The translations under genes and the position numbers were made by a program. A stretch of 64,000 nt of DNA from Candidatus Levyibacteriota bacterium (GTDB lineage Bacteria; Patescibacteriota; Microgenomatia; Levybacterales; UBA12049): the NCBI GenBank assembly GCA_003152105.1, contig PLZJ01000002.1, positions 753,713 through 817,712 on the forward strand. The letters run 5' to 3'. The notes beneath the pieces are model-generated. The model saw only the letters and a program-made list of their open reading frames with translations. It had not been told where the DNA came from and made no database searches. Numbering within the stretch: the first letter of the stretch is position 1; each line of letters opens with the position of its first letter. Below are positions 47,953 to 58,453 of the stretch, piece after piece.

Positions 47953-50900
47953 ATGTGCAATAACTTATATATGAGCAAAATTGCTAATAACTCATTACGT
48001 GAAAATAGCTCACATTTAGTAAGAAACTATTGGGATAAATTTTTAAAACTACCGACAATAATTAAATACGCAGTAGTAATAATGGTTTTTATTCTACTTT
48101 CTATTCCAACTGGACTATTAACAAGACAAAGTTTATTTAATTTTGCTTCACAAACCCAAGGATTTCATGTCATTTCTAATACACTTTATTATAATGACAA
48201 GCCATTTAAAGCATGGGGATTTAATATGGTTGGTGCTTTAGGACAAGCAAATTGTGGAGATGGAACAAGTTCTGATCCAAATGGAAAAGTTGCTGCTCAA
48301 AATTTTAACAATAATGAACTCTCTTATATGGAAAAAAATTGGGGTGCTCCAACTATTATTAGAATTCAGGTCTCTCAACCGGCATTAAGCGGTAAATTAT
48401 CTTCTATTAGCTGGCAAAATTACGCAAGTCAGATAGAAAATGATATTAAATTAGCAGAAAACAATAAGGTCAATGGGATTATAATTGCCATGCAAAATGG
48501 ACAAAATGGCTGTGGAAATAGTGCATCTTATCCTTCGAATGATACAAATGTAGCATGGATGAATTTAATATCAAATACAACAATTAAATCAGATCCTCAG
48601 GTTCTTCTTGAACTATATAATCAGCCTCAAAATAACGGAAATAATAGTAATCAATGGCTCACTTGGAAATATGGGAATATGCGAAAAGGAAGTACTTGTC
48701 GAGCTTACTCTGGAAATATCTTTGGAATGGAATGCTTGGCAGAAAATATTAGAAATAGAGGAGTAAGCAACGTATTAATTGCAGATGGAGCAGACAAAGC
48801 ATCAAATTTCCTAGGAATTAGCCAAAAAGACACCAATACAAATTCTCCAAATTACAATCAAAACTATTTGTTGGACGACCAAAATACTGTTTACGGAATT
48901 GAACCATATGGGCAAGATATCAATTCAAATAATAACACATCGAAGATTATATGGGATGCGAATTTTGGTACGCTTTCTCAAACTAAACCTGTGTTAGTTA
49001 CTGAATGGAATATGACGTTACAAAGCTGTACTCGAAACGCCTTAACAACTCAAGAGGTACAAGCACTTGGGTATCCAACTCCAAATAGTAACCAAACATA
49101 TTACCAATATAATGGGGAAGATAATACATCACCATTTTTCTCATACTTAAGTGCTCACAATATCGGATTAATTGTTAATAGTTTTGACTCGTCAAATACA
49201 ACAATAAGAACTACAAATGCTTCTACTGGTAACTGGAATAATTGGTATCCAAGTAAATGTGAGATGGCAGTTGGAATTAACAATAACCTACCAAATAGCA
49301 GTGCAGGAAACATATTGCCTTCTGGACTTATATATAATATTGGCGTAGGATGGGATGTTTTGCAACAATTCCGACAGTGGGCAGTTTTAACAGACAGAGC
49401 ATTTTTACCTCATATTATTGCTGGCTATTGGCTAACAAATCCACAAGATATTAAAATAGCCGCGAAAGAAAAAGTACAATTTATTCATACGTATGGTGAC
49501 TTCAATAATTTACCAGGAAATGCTTATCCTATACTTAAATCAAATAATATGAAAGTTATTTCTTCAGATTTATTAACACCCCTTAATGATTATGGTTGTT
49601 GGCACTATAGAATGTATCATCCAACCTATAATTCATACATTGCATCATGTAAATCTATGCCAAACGGGTATGCTAATTTTCAAGCCAATGCTTACGGACT
49701 CCAAAGCGCAAATAATTTATTGCTAACAAGAATAAAAAATAAATTAATTGCAATTAGAAACAATACCAAATACGCTTCTTATTTATCTTATCTTTATGTA
49801 ATCGATGACTGGGGTAGCGGAGATTTTAAAAGTGCAAAGACACCTCTGAAAGAAATTAATGGCTTAATTCATACCATTATTCCAGGCGTACAAAGTATTT
49901 GCGGATTTTCGTTTGGGAGCGTACCATTTAAATCACACGCAGGAACAGTAAGTTATTTTGCTAATCCCTTAAATAATTATTCACCGGAAGGTTGTGATAA
50001 TGTCAGTGGATATGGATATGCGGTCAGATATAAAACAGATAGTGCCAAAAATTATGATTGGAAAATGCCAGGCATAATGGAAGCATGGCAAAAACAGTTA
50101 ATAGCAAACGGAATAAGTGATTATCCGAATTGGAATAAAATAGTAAATGTAATTGGTACGGGCCAGGTATTTGGAAGCTACACAGGTAGTTACGTTATTC
50201 CTTTATATGACACTGCAACCGCTAAAAAATTAAATGTACCAATTTATCAACCAATAATTGATCAGGAAACAGATTTTTGTAAGTTAGGAATGTCTTTATT
50301 TTTTTATGACTATCATGCTAGTGGAAGTTATTATACTCCTGCAAACAATACAAGTATTGATGAAGGAGTTAAACAATCTATAATACAATGTAATCAAATC
50401 TGGAACACGATTACTGTTGTCACCCCTACTTTTACTCCAACGCCAACGCTTACACCAACGCCAACGCTTACACCTACACCTACCCCAACCCTATCTCCAA
50501 CGCCTTCTCCAACGCCAACGCTTACACCTACACCCACTTTAACACCTACCTCTACGCCAACTCCACCTCCGGGATGTTTTTATAAACAACAAGAATGCAA
50601 TATTCACAAAGGTCAGGTTAGTTGCGGGCCAGAAATATTAATTTGTACAACTCCAACACCAATTACAGTTATAAATCCTGTACAAAACAAATTAATTAAT
50701 GGGTCATTTGATTTTGGTAATTTAACCGGCTGGACAACGTTTAATAAATCAGTGAATTCTAATACGGTTGCTATTGACCCATCAACATTCGTAAATGGCA
50801 ATTATTCTGTTAAAGCAACTATTAATCAGCCTGGAAAAAAAGAATGGTACTTTCAGTTAATGCAAGGTCCAGTACAGCTTAGCTTAAGCACAAACTATAT

Positions 50901-51162
50901 GATATCTTTTTATGCCAAGGCTTCTCAAAATAGGAGATTACAAGTATTTGTGCAAAACTCAAATCACATTCCATATTCAACGCAAAACTTTATATTGACA
51001 ACTACTTGGCAAAAATATTCATTTAATTATTTTCAACCTTCAACAGATGACAACGCAGCGCTAAAGTTTAATCTAGCTGATGCAGCAGGAAATATTTGGA
51101 TTGATAAAGTATCATTATCCCCGGTTCTGGTTAATATTGAGAATAAAGATACTTTACCGTAA
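47953..51162 (+). CDS. giant secreted/anchored CAZyme-like protein: N-terminal TM, glycoside-hydrolase-like domain, Pro/Thr linker, C-terminal CBM4/9-like domain
   Basis: [18 protein letters not shown] is present. ...LELYNQPQ... and LVTEWN are reminiscent of GH5-clan acid/base and nucleophile positions, but the assignment is weak. The PT linker reads [52 protein letters not shown]-terminal beta-sandwich has [14 protein letters not shown]...WYFQLMQ. The start may be the ATG at 47971, because 47953 lies in the spacer of TTGACA (47936). Confidence 0.55.
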   Translation: MCNNLYMSKIANNSLRENSSHLVRNYWDKFLKLPTIIKYAVVIMVFILLSIPTGLLTRQSLFNFASQTQGFHVISNTLYYNDKPFKAWGFNMVGALGQANCGDGTSSDPNGKVAAQNFNNNELSYMEKNWGAPTIIRIQVSQPALSGKLSSISWQNYASQIENDIKLAENNKVNGIIIAMQNGQNGCGNSASYPSNDTNVAWMNLISNTTIKSDPQVLLELYNQPQNNGNNSNQWLTWKYGNMRKGSTCRAYSGNIFGMECLAENIRNRGVSNVLIADGADKASNFLGISQKDTNTNSPNYNQNYLLDDQNTVYGIEPYGQDINSNNNTSKIIWDANFGTLSQTKPVLVTEWNMTLQSCTRNALTTQEVQALGYPTPNSNQTYYQYNGEDNTSPFFSYLSAHNIGLIVNSFDSSNTTIRTTNASTGNWNNWYPSKCEMAVGINNNLPNSSAGNILPSGLIYNIGVGWDVLQQFRQWAVLTDRAFLPHIIAGYWLTNPQDIKIAAKEKVQFIHTYGDFNNLPGNAYPILKSNNMKVISSDLLTPLNDYGCWHYRMYHPTYNSYIASCKSMPNGYANFQANAYGLQSANNLLLTRIKNKLIAIRNNTKYASYLSYLYVIDDWGSGDFKSAKTPLKEINGLIHTIIPGVQSICGFSFGSVPFKSHAGTVSYFANPLNNYSPEGCDNVSGYGYAVRYKTDSAKNYDWKMPGIMEAWQKQLIANGISDYPNWNKIVNVIGTGQVFGSYTGSYVIPLYDTATAKKLNVPIYQPIIDQETDFCKLGMSLFFYDYHASGSYYTPANNTSIDEGVKQSIIQCNQIWNTITVVTPTFTPTPTLTPTPTLTPTPTPTLSPTPSPTPTLTPTPTLTPTSTPTPPPGCFYKQQECNIHKGQVSCGPEILICTTPTPITVINPVQNKLINGSFDFGNLTGWTTFNKSVNSNTVAIDPSTFVNGNYSVKATINQPGKKEWYFQLMQGPVQLSLSTNYMISFYAKASQNRRLQVFVQNSNHIPYSTQNFILTTTWQKYSFNYFQPSTDDNAALKFNLADAAGNIWIDKVSLSPVLVNIENKDTLP
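50424..50572 (+). repeat. tandem 6-9 nt coding repeats (ACNCCNACN..CTT) encoding a (T-P-T-L)n linker
   Basis: The degenerate repeat reads acgccaacgcttacaccaacgccaacgcttacacctacacc... Comparable PT tracts occur at about 52966-53020, 54780-54840 and 55188-55300. Confidence 0.6.
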
Positions 51163-51255
51163 CTGTTCACAAACTCAACTTATTTGATTATTTCTCTTGT
51201 AATTTGGTTGACATGCAAGATATTTTGATCTAGACTCAAAAAAGAAAGAATATAC

Positions 51256-52140
51256 ATGAATTATTTCTTTAAACATAAAATCCCTTTGTTTAAACAAAAA
51301 TTTTCATCATTAGATAAATTCCATAAGCTGAGCATAGGGATTGTATTATTGTTTATATTTGTAACCCCCTCGCTTGCACTTGTCACAAACTTATTCACTA
51401 ACGCCTCTTCCCTTGACTCATTCAGACTAGAGGCAGAACCAACTTCTACAAATAGTAATAGGTTATCTGGAAATGTTAGTGTGGTAACCGATACTAGTTC
51501 ATCTAACGGACAGGCTATACTATTTGGATCTAATGGAGTAAATGGTGCCAATGTTACTTTTAATCCATCAGTTATTCCCTTTTCTGCACCAGAGATAGGT
51601 AATCCATGGCACGGACAATATGAGTGGCAACAAGGACAACTGATCCCTTCACCATGGCCTGTTACAGATTCCTATCTTCGCTACGATACTGCGCCAACGG
51701 ATATAGGCTCTTGGGCTACTCTTGAACCAACACAGGGAAATTATGACTTCTCTTCAATTGATACAGCTTTGGCACAGGCAAAAGCAAATGGAGGCAAACT
51801 TGGAATAACAATTGCTGCTGCAAGAGGAGATATTACGGGTCAAGCATTTATACCAAATTATTTAATAAGTGATATGGCTGGAGATTCACAATCATACTGG
51901 AGTGGAGTTTCACCGGGAAATGGAGTATATGTGCCGGATTGGAATAATAGTTTTTTTATGACACGAGCGCAGGCTCTAATTAATGCGTTGGCTGCAAAAT
52001 ATGCAAATGACCCACGTCTTGGATGGATTGAAACCGGAATTTATGGAAATTATGCAGAGTGGATAAATGATGGTCTTCCAAATGGTCCAAGTGGTCAAAC
52101 ACCTGCTGTAATTACCGATGCAAATAAAAAAACATCATAG
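51256..52140 (+). CDS. N-terminal fragment of a frameshifted giant surface protein (TM anchor + DUF4874-like glycoside-hydrolase-like region)
   Basis: It has the TM IGIVLLFIFVTPSLALV. LRYDTAPTDIGSWATLEPTQGNYDFSSIDTALAQAKANGGKLGITIAAA is typical of the DUF4874 TIM-barrel family. It stops right after an A7 tract. Confidence 0.5.
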   Translation: MNYFFKHKIPLFKQKFSSLDKFHKLSIGIVLLFIFVTPSLALVTNLFTNASSLDSFRLEAEPTSTNSNRLSGNVSVVTDTSSSNGQAILFGSNGVNGANVTFNPSVIPFSAPEIGNPWHGQYEWQQGQLIPSPWPVTDSYLRYDTAPTDIGSWATLEPTQGNYDFSSIDTALAQAKANGGKLGITIAAARGDITGQAFIPNYLISDMAGDSQSYWSGVSPGNGVYVPDWNNSFFMTRAQALINALAAKYANDPRLGWIETGIYGNYAEWINDGLPNGPSGQTPAVITDANKKTS

Positions 52141-52223
52141 ATTGGTGGGTCAACTCTTTTCCTAAAACTAGAATCTTAGCAGTTATTGAAGAAGATGGAG
52201 ATCAATATGGATTTAAATATGCC

Positions 52224-55200
52224 ATGAGCTTAACTCCAAAACCTGGCTCTCCGGCTATTGGGTGGCGGTATAACAGTCTTGGGACCCTTGGACCAACTGC
52301 TAGTTATCTAACAGGACTTCAATATTGGGAAACACCACCACCAGCTGGTGCAGATGGAACAATACTATCGGAGCGATGGAAAACTGCTCCTGGTATAGTA
52401 GAATTTGGTGGTTTATCACCTTCTTCAACTACTGACTCACTTAATGATGCCTATACAGACGTGCTTCGTTACCACATTGATATGGTTGATGGAAGTTATT
52501 TTGATAACTGGAATAATTACTCAAGTGCTGAGCAGGCAACTTTGCAAAATATTATGGAACACTCGGGCTACAGAATTAGTCTTGATTCCCTAACACTGCC
52601 CTCAGTAGTCAGTCCAGGGAATAATTTTACAGTTTCTACTAATTGGTCTAATCTTGGTTCTACACCTGCATATAATCCATGGAATATCATGATTGAGCTT
52701 AAGGACTCATCTGGAAATGTTGCGTGGCAAGGAAAATCAAGTTTAGATTTTCAAACTCTACTTCCTACTAACTCAACAGGAACAGATATTCCAAATACTA
52801 CAACTGATACTTTCACAGTTCCTTCCAGTATTCCTTTGGGAACTTATTCTGTTTCTGTAAAAATAGTAGATCCAACAGGCTATTATAATCCAATGAATTT
52901 AGCAAATTCGGCAAAACAATCGGATGGAAGTTATTTACTTGGTCAAATTTCAGTTGGTAGCTTGGCTCCAACACCAACACTATCACCATCTGGAACTCCA
53001 ATAACTCCTACACCTATTACGAACTCGTCATTTCTTTGGCCAAATATACAAGGTAAAGTAGGAGCATTTTTTATAGGATTAAATAATAATTCAGATGTTG
53101 CACTAACTGCTGGGCAGGGTTTAAATCAAACTGTGCTTGATACAGTAAATCCAGGTAGTAGATTGGAAAATTTATATAATCAGTACAATTTTAAATACTA
53201 TGATTATTATGTCTGGAACCAAATCTACGGCAACTGTCAAACAAACCATGCAGCAGGATACGTTTGTCCATATTATCAAAACTCATCAAATCTACAGTCT
53301 GCATTAAGCGCAATTCAATCACATATTAATAGCAATAGTATTGCGACAGATAAAGCGGTAAGTGGATATGTCATTTTGGACGATTTTCCTGGAATTATTC
53401 CTCAAACATTCTTTGATCAAGTTGCAACTATGATACACAACGCCAATGCTGGATCAAATGGTATGACAAAATCAGCGATTTCCAGACCAACCATATGTGA
53501 CTTCGGAGGGTGGTTGGATTATAAGACAAGTGTAAACGGAGCTTGGAACCATAATGATAACGATATTACAAAACAATCTACAAATTTCTATCCTGCTGAT
53601 TGTGACATGGTCGAGCTTTATCCAGAATGCTACAACGAACCAGCAAATTATTCACATGGGGATTGGTGTGATTGGACAATGCAGGACACTACAGGAGGAA
53701 ATACGCCAAAAATAACTAGAGAATATAACATATTACAAAGTAAAGGTTGGGATATTACTAAAGAACCATTAATTGCCAATGCTCAGTCATATGGCTATAC
53801 CGCCGCCTACCAATCGGGAAGCGGAGTATATATTATTCCTCCTACAGGAATAGAGGAAAGTACTTTAATAAAGTCATATTGTGATACTGGAGCAACTTCT
53901 GTAAATGATTTTGCCTGGGATGATCCTGCTCATGCCTCAAATATTAAATCTGAACTTGCTAACGATTCAGGCATGTATAGCGGATTTTTGAGTGGTGTAA
54001 ATTACTGCAAATCTAAGTGGGGAATAGCTATGGGCCCTTCCTCATCCAAAATAGCAAATGTAAATTCATCATTTAATTTAATATCAATGCTTGGTAAGCT
54101 TGTGCAACATTTTACTTCTATGTTCAGTGCACACGCGCAAACCCTAACACCAACCACAATTCATTTGATTTCAGGTTACTCCGGCACCAATACTGGGGGT
54201 AACACAATTGTTTTTGGACCTCCAAGTGGATACTCAGCAGATGATGTAATGATTGCGCAAATTACAACCCAAGGAACACCAGGAATAACACCTCCTGATA
54301 GTAGTTGGAACGGTATTAAACGTACAAACACAGCTTCAAACTCTTTGGTTCAAGAATTATATTATCATGTAGTAAAAGCTAGTGAACCATCGACCTATAC
54401 ATTTACCTTCACATCCCCAGAACAAGCTTCTGGAGGAGTTGCTGATTATAGTGGAGTTAATACTTCAAATCCAGTAGATCAGGTTAATCAAGGATCAGCT
54501 CTTAACTCTAGTAATATTTCAGCCGCAAGCATAAATGTTAATGCAACCGGAGAAAGACTTATGTTTTTTGGAGGATCACTTTCGAATACATCCTTTACAC
54601 TTCCAACTGGCATGTCACAAGTATGGCAAAAAGAAAATACTGCCATTTCATCTAATTTAGCGGACTTATATACCAATGCTGGCTCAACTGGGGTTATAAA
54701 TGAAAGCAGTGCAGTTTCAGCAGATAATGTTGCACAAGATTTATTACTTCAACCAGCAGGTTCAACTTTTACAAATCCCACGCCAACTTCTACTCTTTCA
54801 ATATCTCCTACCCCAGTCTCAGCTTCACCTACACCCAGTTGTTCTCCTTTACCTAGTGGAAAAGGTACAGATGTTATTACCTTTACAGTACCAACAGGCA
54901 CTAACTCTTATAACGTCTGGTTTAGAATGAAAGTACCAACTTCTGGCGACTCAATTTATTCACAACTTACGGACAATTCCGGCAATGCATTTGGATGTCC
55001 ATCACAAATTATTGATAATAATACAGTAGATGGAAACTGGCACTGGATTCCTCAAGGTCAAAATTCCTTAACCCAGGGACAAACTTACACATTTACTTTG
55101 ACTGGAAATCAAGATGGAGTTAAAGTTGATGAAATAATATTGTCTCAAACATGTGGACCAACAGGAGTAGGCGATAACTGTCTAGCTGCTCCTACACCAA

Positions 55201-55385
55201 CACCTACCTTAACACCTATTCCTTCACCTACAGCTGTTCCAAGCCCAATTACAACATCTACTCCTACGCCTGTCAGACCTACTCCAACATCTACACCTCT
55301 AAGTTGCAAAAAACTTTCTATTAATTGCTATTATACAAATTTAAGTACCTGTTCTTATGTTTGCGGAGACACAAAACATAAGTAG
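52224..55385 (+). CDS. C-terminal part of the same surface protein (DUF4832-like + PT linkers + C-terminal CBM-like domain)
   Basis: The frame is open from 52128 (coding-like NIIDWWVNSFPKTRILAVIEEDGDQYGFKYA) upstream of the first ATG. It has PAIGWRYNSLG...W.TAPG and then multiple PT linkers. The C-terminus has NWHWIPQGQ..TYTFTLTGNQDGVKVDEIIL, a lectin/CBM-like sandwich. Confidence 0.55.
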   Translation: MSLTPKPGSPAIGWRYNSLGTLGPTASYLTGLQYWETPPPAGADGTILSERWKTAPGIVEFGGLSPSSTTDSLNDAYTDVLRYHIDMVDGSYFDNWNNYSSAEQATLQNIMEHSGYRISLDSLTLPSVVSPGNNFTVSTNWSNLGSTPAYNPWNIMIELKDSSGNVAWQGKSSLDFQTLLPTNSTGTDIPNTTTDTFTVPSSIPLGTYSVSVKIVDPTGYYNPMNLANSAKQSDGSYLLGQISVGSLAPTPTLSPSGTPITPTPITNSSFLWPNIQGKVGAFFIGLNNNSDVALTAGQGLNQTVLDTVNPGSRLENLYNQYNFKYYDYYVWNQIYGNCQTNHAAGYVCPYYQNSSNLQSALSAIQSHINSNSIATDKAVSGYVILDDFPGIIPQTFFDQVATMIHNANAGSNGMTKSAISRPTICDFGGWLDYKTSVNGAWNHNDNDITKQSTNFYPADCDMVELYPECYNEPANYSHGDWCDWTMQDTTGGNTPKITREYNILQSKGWDITKEPLIANAQSYGYTAAYQSGSGVYIIPPTGIEESTLIKSYCDTGATSVNDFAWDDPAHASNIKSELANDSGMYSGFLSGVNYCKSKWGIAMGPSSSKIANVNSSFNLISMLGKLVQHFTSMFSAHAQTLTPTTIHLISGYSGTNTGGNTIVFGPPSGYSADDVMIAQITTQGTPGITPPDSSWNGIKRTNTASNSLVQELYYHVVKASEPSTYTFTFTSPEQASGGVADYSGVNTSNPVDQVNQGSALNSSNISAASINVNATGERLMFFGGSLSNTSFTLPTGMSQVWQKENTAISSNLADLYTNAGSTGVINESSAVSADNVAQDLLLQPAGSTFTNPTPTSTLSISPTPVSASPTPSCSPLPSGKGTDVITFTVPTGTNSYNVWFRMKVPTSGDSIYSQLTDNSGNAFGCPSQIIDNNTVDGNWHWIPQGQNSLTQGQTYTFTLTGNQDGVKVDEIILSQTCGPTGVGDNCLAAPTPTPTLTPIPSPTAVPSPITTSTPTPVRPTPTSTPLSCKKLSINCYYTNLSTCSYVCGDTKHK

Positions 55386-55539
55386 ATTAATAGAGTGAGT
55401 AATAAAACAGGATAAACATAATTATATTTATAGTGAGCCAACCGCACTTTCTATCAAATCATTCCTGGAATTCATAACTAAATTTTTGGACATATATCAA
55501 GTAAGAAGCAATTAATTTAAAATAGAATTTACCTTCTAA

Positions 55540-55812
55540 CTATTTTAGATTATCCAATATCCACATTCTAGCAAGAGTTGTTGGTCCTATTCCTTGTTTA
55601 AATGCTTTATTTCTAATCTCTTGTAAATGTTTTGGCTGAATTCGAATTGTAATTGTGCTTGTTTTATTTGCTTGATGAAATCCAACAAGAGTACCGTCAT
55701 TAATCTCATCAACCGCAGAATGAGTATCCCAAAAGTTAGCTTCTTCCTCGTATGTTTTAAATGGTTTTAGTGGAATAAATTGATGTTCTTTTACTATTTT
55801 AACTTTTGTCAT
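55540..55812 (-). CDS. brnA: BrnA-type antitoxin (CopG/RHH-like)
   Basis: It reads MTKVKIVKEHQFIPLKPFKTYEEEANFWDTHSAVDE...TSTITIRIQPKHLQEIRNKAFKQGIGPTTLARMWILDNL. The FWDTH...RI...G.pyQtL layout is BrnA-like. I set the start at the internal Met because the longer ORF would overlap the toxin gene by 120 nt. Confidence 0.6.
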   Translation of the reverse strand: MTKVKIVKEHQFIPLKPFKTYEEEANFWDTHSAVDEINDGTLVGFHQANKTSTITIRIQPKHLQEIRNKAFKQGIGPTTLARMWILDNLK

Positions 55813-56020
55813 TATCTTCACCTCCTTCAAGAGTATATTCGTTATAAAAACTTTTTTCTTCTTTTCTGGATGGTCTTGCAGTAATAAGACCATACGTGTT
55901 TTTGCTTTTTCGGTGCCCAATTACGATACTTAAATATCTTTTGCTTTTTGTACGACCGATTAAAATCCAGCGATCAAATTTACCTTGAATAAAAACATAA
56001 TCATGGGATATAATCTCCAA
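55799..56020 (-). CDS. brnT: BrnT-type toxin (DUF497), N-terminally disrupted
   Basis: The C-terminus LSIVIGHRKSKNTYGLITARPSRKEEKSFY matches BrnT ...RIISARKATKKE...Y. The reading frame upstream reads ..VEEDR*EHIAKHNISLNEVLEI.., which is BrnT-like (..EWD..KA..N..KHGVSFEEA) but is interrupted by TAA at 56060-56062. No ATG is present, and the track starts at TTG. Confidence 0.5.
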   Translation of the reverse strand: MEIISHDYVFIQGKFDRWILIGRTKSKRYLSIVIGHRKSKNTYGLITARPSRKEEKSFYNEYTLEGGEDNDKS

Positions 56021-56120
56021 AACCTCATTTAAACTAATATTATGTTTCGCAATATGTTCTTATCTATCTTCTTCAACTATTAAAGTATCAATTACAATGT
56101 CTTTAATCACTTTAAATAGT

Positions 56121-56137
56121 GTAAGACATTGTCTTAC
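56121..56137 (-). promoter_or_regulatory. perfect 17-bp palindrome (candidate BrnA operator) overlapping the predicted brnTA promoter
   Basis: The palindrome is GTAAGACA-t-TGTCTTAC. On the minus strand, TTGACA-17 nt-TACACT sits with the palindrome covering the spacer and -10. Confidence 0.35.
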
Positions 56138-56378
56138 TTTTGTCAATATCGTAAAAATTACTTGCCCAAATTTTTATGATACAGGTTTAAAGGATAAAAT
56201 AGATTATCCTATTCTAGGGAAAAGTTTATAAGGCTATTCGTGATTGCGAGAACAACACTGTTCCCTTCGGTGAACAATTCGTCTGGTGGATGGAACACCT
56301 TCTTCGAGTATATCATAATTTAATAAATACAGGAGCAATTTATGACAATTATATAAATTAATTTGTTATACTCAAATT

Positions 56379-58253
56379 ATGGATGATTCATTAATATCTG
56401 AAGAAAATAAACCAGTTGATTATTTAATTGAAGGCGAGGGTCAAAATGCAACGATTTCTAGTCCTGAAAGAGTAATAAATGATATACCTGAAGCAGCTGT
56501 AGAAAAAGCAAAATCAAGTAGAGAACTAGTTGAGACAAAACTTCGCCCACAAGATATTCAAGATCAAGCGGGTTTTAGTCGAAGAATATATTCTTTTATT
56601 ACTTTAACTGGAAAAGAAACTAAATTTTCTCTTAGAGGAAGATACGAATTACCAGAAACTGATAGTTCATTTAAAGATATAGGTACAAAACCTCTTGATG
56701 ATGTATTTGTTGGTAATGAGTTCCAAAGTTATAAATCATCACATCGTAGTGAAGCTGAAAGAATTCAAACTACAAAAGATTTCGAAGGCTTCATTGCACT
56801 TTCTGACCAGTTAATTCCTGATAATCCAAGAGTTGAGCAGGCAAAACAAGACATACAAAATGGTGTATATAGCGATGATACCATTACATTTATTAATGAG
56901 CTGGTAGCTACTAGCATAATAGATGACAAAGGTTTAGTTAACAGTGAAATCAATGCTGATGCAGAAGCCTTAATGATACTAGCTTTAAGTGGTAACGCAG
57001 AAGCTCAACGTTTAGTTCAAAGTAAGTCAGAAGCACTTCTTAGAATGGATGATGAGAAAAAACAAAGGGCAATAACAGAAGGAAAATTAAGAGTAGAAGG
57101 AGAATTGAAAGATGTTCCAGATGCGGATATGTCAAGACATTCTCTGGTTCATATTTACGAAGGTCCAGTTGAAAGAGACGAGCATGGAAATGTTATTTTA
57201 AGATCAACTGCATACAGACCAAAAGCCGCCCCATTTGGTCAAGTAATCTTAAGAGACACTATACATACTTCAATAGATGGACCTGTCGGAGAACATGATT
57301 TAGGTAGCTGGGATGATATTGATACTGTAGTAGTTGCTAAAGCAAAAAACAATATTGATAAGGCAGATACAATTAGGCCAGAAGATACCTACTTTCATAT
57401 ATATCCACATCAGGCATTAACCCTTGAAGAAGCAACGGGTATTGTTCCAGGAGAAGTGCCTGAAGATGCGATTATATCAAAGCTGCCTGATGGTAAAACA
57501 ATACTATATAGACGAAATGGATTTACTGTCAGACATTTACAAGAGTATTTGAAATTAAACCCAGAAGCACCTCATGCTCTTACTTCCATTTTAAATAATG
57601 AAACATTTGTTGATTTAGGAAGCATAACAGAAACCGTAAACGCTCTTACGCAATCTTTAAATGAAGACGATGCTTCTTTAAGAGCTGAACCTGCATTAAC
57701 TAAAGGATTAATCAATGTTTATTCAAAAGCTGGAGTAGAAAGATTACAATCGAAATCTAAGAATCCTAGTGACTCCGAATTCCCCACGCTAAGTCGTGAA
57801 GAAATTGCTAAAAGAATAGCTCATTTAATTATTGGAAGGCTGCCTACAGAAATAAGAAATACTGCTGTCAAAGAAGCTATTAGGGATCAAGGCAGCGAAA
57901 TGCATACTATTATGGCTCATGGATGGCAAAACGAACATGATATTGAGATAATTAAATATGCTCTAGAAAGAGGTATAAGTACTGGCGAACACATAAATAC
58001 AATTGCTAGTGAAACTACTGATAAAATCGCTGATGCTTTTGAGTCTGCTGGCACAGAAGGAGGAATTGATAATAATTACATGCCATCATGGGGAGATGCA
58101 ACAGACGATGAAACAAAGGTTGTAGATGTAGTAAAATATGGATACAATTGGAAAAAATATTCATATTCACCTACTCCTAAAGAGATACTTGAATTAGCTC
58201 CACAAACTAGAGCAGATATCTACGATTCCGGAGTATTAACAGCTAGGATATAG
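56379..58253 (+). CDS. orphan acidic hypothetical protein (624 aa, no TM, no recognised domain)
   Basis: It is a long clean ORF rich in D and E. It lies between the BrnTA module and tRNA-Lys(CTT). Confidence 0.5.
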   Translation: MDDSLISEENKPVDYLIEGEGQNATISSPERVINDIPEAAVEKAKSSRELVETKLRPQDIQDQAGFSRRIYSFITLTGKETKFSLRGRYELPETDSSFKDIGTKPLDDVFVGNEFQSYKSSHRSEAERIQTTKDFEGFIALSDQLIPDNPRVEQAKQDIQNGVYSDDTITFINELVATSIIDDKGLVNSEINADAEALMILALSGNAEAQRLVQSKSEALLRMDDEKKQRAITEGKLRVEGELKDVPDADMSRHSLVHIYEGPVERDEHGNVILRSTAYRPKAAPFGQVILRDTIHTSIDGPVGEHDLGSWDDIDTVVVAKAKNNIDKADTIRPEDTYFHIYPHQALTLEEATGIVPGEVPEDAIISKLPDGKTILYRRNGFTVRHLQEYLKLNPEAPHALTSILNNETFVDLGSITETVNALTQSLNEDDASLRAEPALTKGLINVYSKAGVERLQSKSKNPSDSEFPTLSREEIAKRIAHLIIGRLPTEIRNTAVKEAIRDQGSEMHTIMAHGWQNEHDIEIIKYALERGISTGEHINTIASETTDKIADAFESAGTEGGIDNNYMPSWGDATDDETKVVDVVKYGYNWKKYSYSPTPKEILELAPQTRADIYDSGVLTARI

Positions 58254-58380
58254 AATCAATTTTTTCTATTTTAGTTTTGTGTTCGATTCCCATTGGGTTA
58301 TGAAGCTAACACTTTTCACAACGATTTTAGAACGCAAAAGATTAGACTGTTAAATCAAGCTAAATGAAGTTATTTTTCAC

Positions 58381-58453
58381 ATCTGAATCTGTGAGCCGCC
58401 GGGGAATCGAACCCCGAACCGACTCCTTAAGAGGGAGTTGCTCTGCCAATTGA
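58381..58453 (-). tRNA. tRNA-Lys (anticodon CTT)
   Basis: The reverse complement reads GGGCCGCTAGCTCAATTGGCAGAGCAACTCCCTCTTAAGGAGTCGGTTCGGGGTTCGATTCCCCGGCGGCTCA, with anticodon loop CTCTTAA. Confidence 0.8.

Noticed and set aside
50424-50572. Short tandem DNA repeats that could be mistaken for a CRISPR-like or satellite array
   Set aside because: They are in-frame coding repeats specifying a Thr-Pro linker inside a large ORF. No spacer-repeat architecture is present.
55812-55920. N-terminal 36-aa extension of the BrnA ORF (MGTEKAKTRMVLLLQD...)
   Set aside because: It would overlap the BrnT gene by about 120 nt. The BrnA family starts at the internal Met (MTKVKIV...), which gives the usual 14-nt toxin-antitoxin overlap.
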